Below are positions 19,321 to 26,927 of a stretch of 64,000 bases of DNA, in pieces (position 1 is the first letter of the stretch; every line of letters starts with the position of its first letter). Source of the DNA: an uncultured bacterium (GTDB lineage Bacteria; Bacillota_I; Bacilli_A; RFN20; CAG-826); NCBI GenBank assembly GCA_949296775.1, contig CASFQA010000002.1, positions 179,991 through 243,990 of the forward strand, read 5' to 3'. The position numbers and the translations under genes are program-made. The notes beneath the pieces are model-generated. The model had not been told where the DNA came from and did no database searches. It was given only the letters and a program-made list of their open reading frames with translations.

Positions 19321-20079
19321 TCAGAACCCTCCTTTCTCTTTGCTTTGCTTGATGATCAGATAAATGCCCGCCCCGATGACGGCTGCCCCTAATAGCCCTA
19401 GGAAGACATAGGCGACGATGGCGAGGGGGCTATTGTCCCGTCCTGGCCATCGAGCGGAATAGTACTCGTTATCGTAAACCAGGATCTTTTTGTATTCGTG
19501 CTGGCCTGGGTTGAGGTCGAAGGTCAGATAGCTGTCGACGTCTTCGTTTTCGTAAGGATAGATGGTGGCATCGACCATGTAGGCGGTGATAAGCCCATCC
19601 TCTTCATAATAAACCCCGACGCGATAGAGCGTTTCCTCGGTTGAGGGGTTGGCGAAGTTCCCCTGGATATGGAGTTTCCATTCCCCGTCGTCTTCGCTGA
19701 GAGGGGCTTCGATCTCCTCGTCGAGGAAGATCACCTGCTCATTCGTATAACCCAAGGCTTTGATGTTTTTTGGATTGAGCTTTTCCCCCTCGGCCAATTC
19801 GAATGAAGGGACGTAACTTTCCCCGGGAGCGAGGAAATGCGCGGTGTCCTCTAAGTAGTATTCTTTTGGGAAAAGGTCGTCTTCATGAGTATTTTTGCCA
19901 TCCTCATAGTATAAAGAGGAGACATAACGGTCTTTTGACTTGTTGGTGACGGTGGTAACCCCATCGACGGTGACGGCTTCGATGGCGACCGAGACGCAGC
20001 TTGGCCCGGGGGCGGGGGCATTGGCCAATAGGAAAGGGAGGGACAGGAAACCAAATAACCCTAATTTCGCCTTTTTCAT
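19321..20079 (-). CDS. Hypothetical exported protein with C-terminal membrane anchor
   Basis: Signal peptide ending LLA-NAPAP, acidic ectodomain, C-terminal TM plus basic tail; SD AAGGAG. Confidence 0.78.
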   Translation of the reverse strand: MKKAKLGLFGFLSLPFLLANAPAPGPSCVSVAIEAVTVDGVTTVTNKSKDRYVSSLYYEDGKNTHEDDLFPKEYYLEDTAHFLAPGESYVPSFELAEGEKLNPKNIKALGYTNEQVIFLDEEIEAPLSEDDGEWKLHIQGNFANPSTEETLYRVGVYYEEDGLITAYMVDATIYPYENEDVDSYLTFDLNPGQHEYKKILVYDNEYYSARWPGRDNSPLAIVAYVFLGLLGAAVIGAGIYLIIKQSKEKGGF

Positions 20080-20190
20080 GGTGGGCTCTCCTTTCGCTTC
20101 GCTCTATTATATAAGATGCATTGTCCGCTTATAACGTTTCGCCAAGAAATATCCTTGGCATTTTTTAAAGGATTAAAATGGACGCCCGTT

Positions 20191-20352
20191 ATGAAATACC
20201 GTTACGTTTACATCGCGTTAATCGGATTGGCCTTGATCGTTTTTCAATTCCTTCTTCAGCCCGAATGGCAGCTTAAGGCCTTGATGATCGAAATCCCCAT
20301 CATCTTGGTTTTGGACATCATCATATTGGATAAAGTTTGGACTAAGAAGTAG
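20191..20352 (+). CDS. Small 2-TM membrane protein (53 aa)
   Basis: MKYRYVYIALIGLALIVFQFLLQPEWQLKALMIEIPIILVLDIIILDKVWTKK; TAAAAT 11 nt upstream. Confidence 0.55.
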   Translation: MKYRYVYIALIGLALIVFQFLLQPEWQLKALMIEIPIILVLDIIILDKVWTKK

Positions 20353-20357
20353 GTTAT

Positions 20358-20386
20358 TTGGCAATTGGACCAGAACCCTTTATAAT
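20358..20386 (+). promoter_or_regulatory. SigA-type promoter of ssrA
   Basis: TTGGCA-17 nt-TATAAT, 30 nt upstream of the tmRNA 5' end. Confidence 0.7.
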
Positions 20387-20416
20387 TTAGTGGCTCTCTA
20401 TAGAGGGCGCATCCAT

Positions 20417-20813
20417 GGGGCCGTCAAGGTTTAGACGGAGGATGACAATCTGGCAGTTGCAGTGGGGTGGCGACCCTAAAAGCCAAACCAAAATAACTGA
20501 CAACAGTTTCATTTACGCGAACCGCGCCCCGCGCGTTTCGCTTGCCCGCGCTTAATTTAGCGACCGACATAGGTTTCCCGCCTCTGCGGGACTGGCACGT
20601 CTCCGGCATCCGGCTCGCCTAGGGTGTCGATAGGCGCAAGAAACGGCGATAAGCTCCGCGCTTGGCTTAACCGCGGAGTCGAAAACCTCTTAGCCTCGCT
20701 TAGCGGACTCGGCATGGTCATTCCGCTTGGTTAGATCCCGATGTATGCCTAAACTGTAGGCGCTGCCAGGGGGTGTTCTTCGGACCGGGGTTCGATTCCC
20801 CGCGACTCCACCA
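20417..20813 (+). ncRNA. ssrA: tmRNA
   Basis: 5' GGGGCCG..GGTTTAGAC; 3' T-arm CGGGGTTCGATTCCCCG plus CTCCACCA; G3-U wobble; ATAACT-GAC resume context; tag ORF 20489-20545 (A)DNSFIYANRAPRVSLARA*. Confidence 0.95.
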
Positions 20814-20865
20814 TCTTGTAACTAACATTTTGATACAAACTAAGGGTATTGAAATGAACAATATT

Positions 20866-20893
20866 TGCTCGATTAATCGAGCATTTTTAATTT
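20866..20893 (+). terminator. Terminator downstream of ssrA
   Basis: Perfect palindrome TGCTCGATTAATCGAGCA followed by T tracts. Confidence 0.7.
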
Positions 20894-20952
20894 TTACGTT
20901 TTGCAGGTAGTTGGAAATTGCTTTAAACAGACGTGTTTTTAAATTTTGTTTC

Positions 20953-20986
20953 TACTAGAAAAACGATACCCTGCTAGAGAAATGAT
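20953..20986 (+). repeat. Left array of TACTAGARAAAYRAT-type sites (2 copies, 19-bp period)
   Basis: TACTAGAAAAACGATAC and CCTGCTAGAGAAATGAT. Confidence 0.75.
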
Positions 20987-21052
20987 ATCCCACGCAAAAC
21001 CAAAACTTTAGCAAAATAAATGACTTTTGGTGTGAAAGACATTGAGAGGAAC

Positions 21053-21424
21053 ATTATAGAACTTTTTGCAGGTATTGGAAGCCAAAGAGAAGCGTTGAAA
21101 AGAACTAGTATTGAACATAAAATCTTGACCATTAGTGAAAACGATTAATATGCTAGTAAAGCTTATGAATTATTTCATAGGTTAACGAATAATTTGTATG
21201 ACATTAAAAATATAGAAAGATTGGCAAAATTCGATTTATGGGCGTATTCATTTCCTTGCACTTATATTTTTCTAGCAGCAAAAAGAAAGGTTTTGTTAAA
21301 GGCAGCAATACCCATTCATCAGTTTTATGGGAAGTGCAAAGAATTACTAGAAGTAGTGGAAGAAAATATTGAACTTCCTAAATATTTATTAATGGAGAAT
21401 GTGGTGTTTTTTGTTATAATTTAG
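21053..21424 (+). pseudogene. DNA (cytosine-5) methyltransferase pseudogene
   Basis: IIELFAGIGSQ (motif I), in-frame TAA at 21146-21148, YSFPC (motif IV), a frameshifted KGFVKGSNTHSSVLWEVQR segment, LLMENV (motif VI), then truncated. Confidence 0.88.
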
Positions 21425-21451
21425 ATAACTAAGAAAGCAGGTGTTTTAATA

Positions 21452-22498
21452 ATGAAAGAACTTAAGAAAGTAGATAATTATTCCGATGATATTCTTCAAT
21501 TGATCCAAAATATTTCCAAGATCATTGTTGATTCAAAAAAGAAAGTAATAACCGCTGTTAATACAACGCTTCTCGATGCTTATTGGAATATTGGCAAATT
21601 GATAGTCGAGCAGGAGCAAGACGGTAATAGCAAGTCTCAGTATGGATCAAGCACGCTAGGGACAATATCCAAAGCACTTTCAAAAAGTTATGGCAAAGGT
21701 TTTTCTGTGTCTAATCTTCAAATGATGAGAAGGTTTTATTTGGTTTATCGAAATCAACAGACAGTGTCTGTTAAATTGAGTTGGTCGCATTATATCGAAA
21801 TTCTTTCAGTAGCTGATGGCCAAGCTAGAAGCTTTTATCAACATGAATGTGAGAATTCTAATTGGTCCGTTAGGGAGTTGCGAAGACAAATAGCATCTTC
21901 GTTTTATGAAAGGCTTTTATTATCCAAAGGTGATGTAAACAAAGAGAAGTTAATTGAGTTATCGAAAAAAGGTGTCACTTATTCTTCGCCTAATGATTTT
22001 GTAAAGGATCCGATGGTCCTTGAATTCTTGGGATTGGCGGAGGAAAAGCCAATGTTGGAGAGTGACTTGGAGTGCTCTTTGATAGAACATATAGAAAATT
22101 TTTTGCTTGAATTAGGTAGAGGATTCATGTTCGTTGGCTCTCAATATCGCATATCAATTGATGGTGTCAACTACTATGTGGACATGGTTTTTTATAACAA
22201 AATTTTGCATGCATATCTTTTAATCGATTTAAAAATGGGCAAATTGCGACCTGAAAACTATGGACAAATGAATATGTATCTGAATTATTTTAAGAACGAG
22301 ATAAATGATGAAGGAGACAAAGATCCCGTAGGCATTATTCTTTGCGCCGAGAAAAATAATATCGTTGCCCAATATTCGATGGAAGGGTTAAAGACCAATA
22401 TCTATGCCTCGAAATATACTTATGTGATTCCTAATAAGGAACAGCTTGAGATGGAATTGCAAAAAGTATTAGAAAGCCAAAATCTGATTAAGCAATAA
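21452..22498 (+). CDS. YhcG/DUF1016 PD-(D/E)XK nuclease domain protein
   Basis: YWNIGKLI, GFSVSNL, LSWSHY, WSVRELRRQI, KDPMVLEFL, FLLELGRGF, IDLK, GQMNMY. Confidence 0.93.
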   Translation: MKELKKVDNYSDDILQLIQNISKIIVDSKKKVITAVNTTLLDAYWNIGKLIVEQEQDGNSKSQYGSSTLGTISKALSKSYGKGFSVSNLQMMRRFYLVYRNQQTVSVKLSWSHYIEILSVADGQARSFYQHECENSNWSVRELRRQIASSFYERLLLSKGDVNKEKLIELSKKGVTYSSPNDFVKDPMVLEFLGLAEEKPMLESDLECSLIEHIENFLLELGRGFMFVGSQYRISIDGVNYYVDMVFYNKILHAYLLIDLKMGKLRPENYGQMNMYLNYFKNEINDEGDKDPVGIILCAEKNNIVAQYSMEGLKTNIYASKYTYVIPNKEQLEMELQKVLESQNLIKQ

Positions 22499-22616
22499 GA
22501 AGATTATAGTTTAAAACAAACAAATCTATTGACGCCTTACTTGAGGAATTCGACATGGTTTTTGCTCATTTTAATTATTGAGAAAAACCATAGTTTATAA
22601 GTTCTATGAATATTCA

Positions 22617-22668
22617 GTATCGTTTTTCTAGTAAGAGCATTATTTCTCTAGTAGGAGTCGTTTTTTGT
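22617..22668 (-). repeat. Right inverted array of the same sites (2 good copies plus 1 degenerate, 20-bp period)
   Basis: GTATCGTTTTTCTAGTA is the exact reverse complement of 20953-20969; ATTATTTCTCTAGTAGG matches the reverse complement of 20970-20986 at 15/17. Confidence 0.75.
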
Positions 22669-22700
22669 ATTTAAGCGATAGCACAAAGACACCGATTGTT

Positions 22701-22737
22701 AAATGCCTTGCGTTCTAATGACCAAGGCATTTTGTTT
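22701..22737. terminator. Hairpin/terminator near the right edge of the islet
   Basis: Stem AAATGCCTTG/CAAGGCATTT followed by T-rich sequence. Confidence 0.55.
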
Positions 22738-22881
22738 ATGTGGGGCGTAATATCTTTCCTTGGCCGAAAATAAGCAGATTAATGCTCCGTTTTAATAACG
22801 TTTTTTTCGAATTGGCTAAAAAGGCTTGAAATCTTTTGGGGGGTAAAATTGCGGTAAATTTAATGAAAGGAAACCCTTCAA

Positions 22882-23157
22882 ATGTCGCTTGGCACCAAGA
22901 TCACTAAGACTCCTTCTGAATTTCAGAATCTCGTCGCCATTTACGAAAGCAATGGCTTCAAAATCAAAAAGCAATCGGAAACCGAATGCACTTTAGTCAA
23001 AAAGGCTTGCAAGAAGAAATGGAAAACTTTCAAAGGCGCCCCTTGGTGGCTCGTTATTAAGCTGACCGCCCTATGCTGCACCATCTTCACGGCCCCCTTT
23101 ATCTATAACGCCCTCCACACGAAGAAAGAAAGCGTTACCATCACCCTCGTGCAGTAA
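22882..23157 (+). CDS. Small hypothetical membrane protein
   Basis: SD GAAAGGA, 91-aa ORF, one hydrophobic segment, own terminator. Confidence 0.7.
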   Translation: MSLGTKITKTPSEFQNLVAIYESNGFKIKKQSETECTLVKKACKKKWKTFKGAPWWLVIKLTALCCTIFTAPFIYNALHTKKESVTITLVQ

Positions 23158-23176
23158 CCTTTCCTTTTGTATTCTT

Positions 23177-23199
23177 AGGCCCTTCGCGGGCCTTTTCTT
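23177..23199 (+). terminator. Intrinsic terminator
   Basis: Stem AGGCCC/GGGCCT plus TTTTCTT. Confidence 0.75.
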
Positions 23200-23217
23200 A
23201 TGCGTTTATTTCCTAAC

Positions 23218-23249
23218 AAAAAGAAAAAGCGCCGATTTCTCGGCGCTTT
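23218..23249 (-). terminator. Intrinsic terminator of the GH3 gene
   Basis: Stem AAAGCGCCGA/TCGGCGCTTT with an A-tract on the + strand. Confidence 0.75.
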
Positions 23250-23267
23250 ATGGCGATCAATCAACGA

Positions 23268-25703
23268 TCAGTGACGGAGGGCTTTGGCTAAGGACAAAAT
23301 CCGCGCGCCGCATTGATCGGCTTCATCGCGGGTCAATTGCCCGTTTTGCAAACTCTTGACCAATTCCTTGGCTTGGGTGGTGCCGCCCGGCATGATGATG
23401 TCGTTCCCGGCTTTAATCGCTTCGTAGGCGAGAGCTTGTTCGGAGGCGACCGATCCCCAGTCGCTCATGACCATCCCCTTGAAACCCCATTCATCCCGGA
23501 GCAGGGTGGTAATCAGGTCGAAGGAAGAGTTGGTGTAGACGCCGTTGACCAGGTTATAGGAGGTCATCAAAGCCGTGGCTTTCCCTTCTTTGACCGCGAT
23601 TTCGAAGCCTTTGAGGTAAATCTCCCGCAGAGCCCTTTCATGAACCCGGGAATCGGACTTCAAGCGGTTGTCTTCCTGATTGTTGCAGCAATAGTGCTTG
23701 AGCGTCACGGTGTGGTTGCCCGATTCGGCGACGCCGCGGCTGATCGCGGCCGCGAGTTTGCCGCTTAGTAAAGGATCTTCCGAGAAGTATTCGAAGTTCC
23801 GCCCGCAGAGAGGGTAACGCATGATGTTCATGCCCGGGGCCAGCCAAATGTCGATGGCGAATTCCTCCATCTCCTTGCTGACCGCCACCCCGATTTCCTC
23901 TAGTAAGGCAACGTCAAAGGTTTGGGCTAAGACGATGCCGACCGGGAAAGCGGTGGTGTATTGATACATCTTCGGTTTGAGCGAGATGGCTTGGAACAAG
24001 GATTTGAAGGCGAAGAATTTGCTCCCCAAAGCCAGTTTTTGCGAATGGAGGATGCCAGAGGCGCGGGATTCGCCGTCGGTATGGTAAACCGGCACCAAGC
24101 GGAGCCCGGCCGGCCCATCGGCCATGGCGAGAACCGGAATGTTGTATTTGACCGAGGGGTAGGGCGCGGTCTTGCCGGCGCAGCCGGGGGCGACGTGCGG
24201 AGCCTCGACGTCGTTATAGGCTTCGAATCCATTGAGGAGGTGGGCGATTTCATCATCGCTCATGCCCTTGATGAGTTCGGGCACCTCTTCCTTGTGGCCG
24301 TATTCGTGGGTTACGGTATGGAAAGCGGTCGGGTCGATAGCCACGGGTTCCCCATCGTAATGGTAAGGTTCGACCTCGGGGGCGGATATTTCTTCGAAAG
24401 CGTTCTTGACCGGGCAGACGTTGACGGTTTTTTCGGTCATGACGGCTTTGCTAAGCGACATGGCCCCAATCGCGGTGATGTCAGCGCTCGAATCGCCGGC
24501 TAAGACGACGTAGATTCCTTCATCGAGGAAATAGGCAGCTTCTTTTTCGTCGTAATAGCCCCAATCGGCGAGGTCAAAGCTTAGATGGATGGTCTCGGCG
24601 TCGCCGGGCTTGATTTCCTTAGTCCGGGCAAAGGCCACCAAGGCTTTCTTTTCCCGTTTGGTTTTGGTCGCGGGGAAGGAGAGGTAGACTTGGACGATCT
24701 CCTCGCCGGCGGTGGCGCCGGTGTTGACGACGGTGGTTTCGATTTCCGCCACGGTCCCTTTCACCGACATCGTCGACTTCAAGCCGAAAGTGGTGTAGGA
24801 GAGGCCATAACCGAATGGGTAAAGCGGCTTGACCCCGAAAGCGTCGGCATAACGATAACCGACATAGATACCCTCGATATATTCTTCATAATCGGTCTGT
24901 CCGCCGAGATAGGAATAGGTTTTCGAGAGCGGGTGATCGACGAGGGTTTCGTACCAAGTCGCGCTGAGTTTGCCCGAGAAGTTGGATTCGCCGGTCAATA
25001 GGGCGGCTAAAGCATTGCCGCCTTCTTCCCCGGCCTGGCCCATGAAAACGATGGCTTTTAACGGGAGGCCCTTCAAAGGAGAGAGGTCAACGGCCGCCCC
25101 GGCGTTGATGACGAGGACGCTTTTGGCATAGTGCTTGGCGATGAAGGCGATATTGTGGATTTCTACCTCGCTGAGTAAATAATCGCCTTTTTCGTTGTAG
25201 CGGTCTTTGCCTTCCCCGGCTTGGCGGGTGATGACGTAAATCGCCGCCTCGCACGCGGACGCGTTAAAATCCTCCTCAGTGATTTTCCTTCCGGAAGGGA
25301 ACGACTCCTTGATCGGGTCGATTGCCCAGTAGCAAGCGTTCTCGTCGAAGCGGGAGATTCCTTTCATCGCTTGGTGAAGCTTCGATTTGAATTCCTTGCG
25401 GGCTTCCTTGATGGCGTTTTTGTAGTCTTCGATCCAGCGTTCGGTCGTAATGGCGAAGCCGCGGTTTTTAAACCCTTGGTAAATGGTTATGTTGTCGCGG
25501 TTGTTGACTTCGCCAGATCCGGTGCCGCCTTTGCTGGCGTTGGTGACGCCGGCCCCGTATAGAGCGACGCGCTTTTCCGCAAGCGGGAGGCAGTTCTCCT
25601 CGTTGCGTAGCAAAACGATGCCTTCTTTTGCCGCCTTGAAGGCTAGTTGGCGGTTAGCCCGTTCGAGGTCGGTTACCTCAGGGCTGCGATTGCCTTTATA
25701 CAT
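23268..25703 (-). CDS. Glycoside hydrolase family 3 beta-glucosidase with permuted domain order
   Basis: N-terminal EGIVLLRN, YVGYRY, YPFGYGLSYT and Fn3-like region; C-terminal DGPAG, GRNFEYFSEDP, KHY, MTSYN, MSDW. Confidence 0.93.
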   Translation of the reverse strand: MYKGNRSPEVTDLERANRQLAFKAAKEGIVLLRNEENCLPLAEKRVALYGAGVTNASKGGTGSGEVNNRDNITIYQGFKNRGFAITTERWIEDYKNAIKEARKEFKSKLHQAMKGISRFDENACYWAIDPIKESFPSGRKITEEDFNASACEAAIYVITRQAGEGKDRYNEKGDYLLSEVEIHNIAFIAKHYAKSVLVINAGAAVDLSPLKGLPLKAIVFMGQAGEEGGNALAALLTGESNFSGKLSATWYETLVDHPLSKTYSYLGGQTDYEEYIEGIYVGYRYADAFGVKPLYPFGYGLSYTTFGLKSTMSVKGTVAEIETTVVNTGATAGEEIVQVYLSFPATKTKREKKALVAFARTKEIKPGDAETIHLSFDLADWGYYDEKEAAYFLDEGIYVVLAGDSSADITAIGAMSLSKAVMTEKTVNVCPVKNAFEEISAPEVEPYHYDGEPVAIDPTAFHTVTHEYGHKEEVPELIKGMSDDEIAHLLNGFEAYNDVEAPHVAPGCAGKTAPYPSVKYNIPVLAMADGPAGLRLVPVYHTDGESRASGILHSQKLALGSKFFAFKSLFQAISLKPKMYQYTTAFPVGIVLAQTFDVALLEEIGVAVSKEMEEFAIDIWLAPGMNIMRYPLCGRNFEYFSEDPLLSGKLAAAISRGVAESGNHTVTLKHYCCNNQEDNRLKSDSRVHERALREIYLKGFEIAVKEGKATALMTSYNLVNGVYTNSSFDLITTLLRDEWGFKGMVMSDWGSVASEQALAYEAIKAGNDIIMPGGTTQAKELVKSLQNGQLTRDEADQCGARILSLAKALRH

Positions 25704-25798
25704 AAGTCAAATATTCGCCCTATTTATAATCATTATCAATAATCAATTAAGATATTTTACAGGATTTATTTATAGGCTAAGGGATAACATTAGATTGT

Positions 25799-26833
25799 AT
25801 GGGGAAAACCGGCCAAAGGAACGAGTTGCTTGATGCATTAAAAGTCCTCTTCGCAATCGGCGTCGTCTTGGCTCATTATTCCTTTCCCGGGCCACTTGGC
25901 GAGATCATGGGGAGCTTTGGGACCGTCGGGGTGGTGGTGTTCTTCCTTATTCAAGGTTATCAGTCGCGTTGCGAGGGACCGAGCCAATCCCAAAAGCTAC
26001 TTCGTCGGGCAAAAAGAAACTCGATTCTCTTCTTATCCTCGTTTTTGCTCTACTTGGCCTTCTCTTTGTGCGAAGCCTCGGCTTTGGGGTTACTTAACGA
26101 ATATCTATTAAAGGCTAACGATTATCGGACCTATCTTCGATTGATTTTGCTGATGGATTTCGACTTGTTCCGCTGCTCCCATTTTTGGTTTTTGGCCGCT
26201 TTGCTCCTTTCCTACCCGTTCCTTTATTTAATCGAAGCCCACCCCCGAAGTCGGCGGTGGTTTTGGATGGCGATCCCTTTTCTCCTTTTGACCAAAATGG
26301 CCGTTGAGATGTATGAGTCGGCAACGATTCCCCCGGAATGGTTCGATTGGCACGCCTCGGGGATTTTCCTTTGGGGCGGATTGCCTTTTTCTTTGCTGGG
26401 AAATCTTCTCGCCCATAAAGAGGAAAGTTTGCAAAAACTTAATTTATATTGGCTTATTGCGGCTTTTTTGGCCTTTGAATCCGCTTTCCTTACTACTTCT
26501 TGCTTGTTGGCTGGATCGGTTGATATATCGATAGTTTTTCGTATTCCGTCCGGGGTTATTTTGTTTATGCTGGTCCTTCGTTACCAAGGGAAACGGCGTT
26601 TTCGGCCATTGGCTTGGTATGGTCGATATAGCTCGGTGTATGTCTACGTGTTTCACCACATCTTTGGCTATTCTGTTTTGGATATTAACGCCTACTGGAT
26701 CGCCTTCCCCGCCTATTTCCTCGATTGGGTTCTGCCCCTATTGGTCCTCATTGCTTCTTTGGCCTTGTCTTTTCTTATTGGCGGCTTTGTCTTTTGCTAT
26801 AGGGCCAGGCAGGATAAAAGGCTTATTCGATAA
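25799..26833 (+). CDS. Acyltransferase family 3 (OafA-like) membrane protein
   Basis: RNELLDALK, VVLAH, VFFLIQGY, HFWFL, YVYVFH. Confidence 0.82.
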   Translation: MGKTGQRNELLDALKVLFAIGVVLAHYSFPGPLGEIMGSFGTVGVVVFFLIQGYQSRCEGPSQSQKLLRRAKRNSILFLSSFLLYLAFSLCEASALGLLNEYLLKANDYRTYLRLILLMDFDLFRCSHFWFLAALLLSYPFLYLIEAHPRSRRWFWMAIPFLLLTKMAVEMYESATIPPEWFDWHASGIFLWGGLPFSLLGNLLAHKEESLQKLNLYWLIAAFLAFESAFLTTSCLLAGSVDISIVFRIPSGVILFMLVLRYQGKRRFRPLAWYGRYSSVYVYVFHHIFGYSVLDINAYWIAFPAYFLDWVLPLLVLIASLALSFLIGGFVFCYRARQDKRLIR

Positions 26834-26927
26834 GTAGCTTGGAATTTTGCGACAACGCCAAGCACCTTCCTTCTTTTTGTTCTCCGCTTGTCCTAAAATA
26901 TTGGGGCGATAAGGAGCGGAAAACCAT

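Larger units (their letters stand above)
20814..22735. mobile_element. AT-rich genomic islet at the ssrA 3' end (decayed, no integrase seen)
   Basis: Abrupt drop in GC right after the tmRNA CCA; cargo is a MTase pseudogene plus YhcG; right boundary is approximate. Confidence 0.7.

Noticed and set aside
20424-20609. 61-aa minus-strand ORF
   Set aside because: Antisense to the tmRNA
21194-21424. 76-aa ORF as an independent gene
   Set aside because: It is an internal fragment of the MTase pseudogene
20814-23160. Intact prophage or ICE with an attR duplication
   Set aside because: No integrase, structural or conjugation genes, and no ssrA 3' duplicate found by eye
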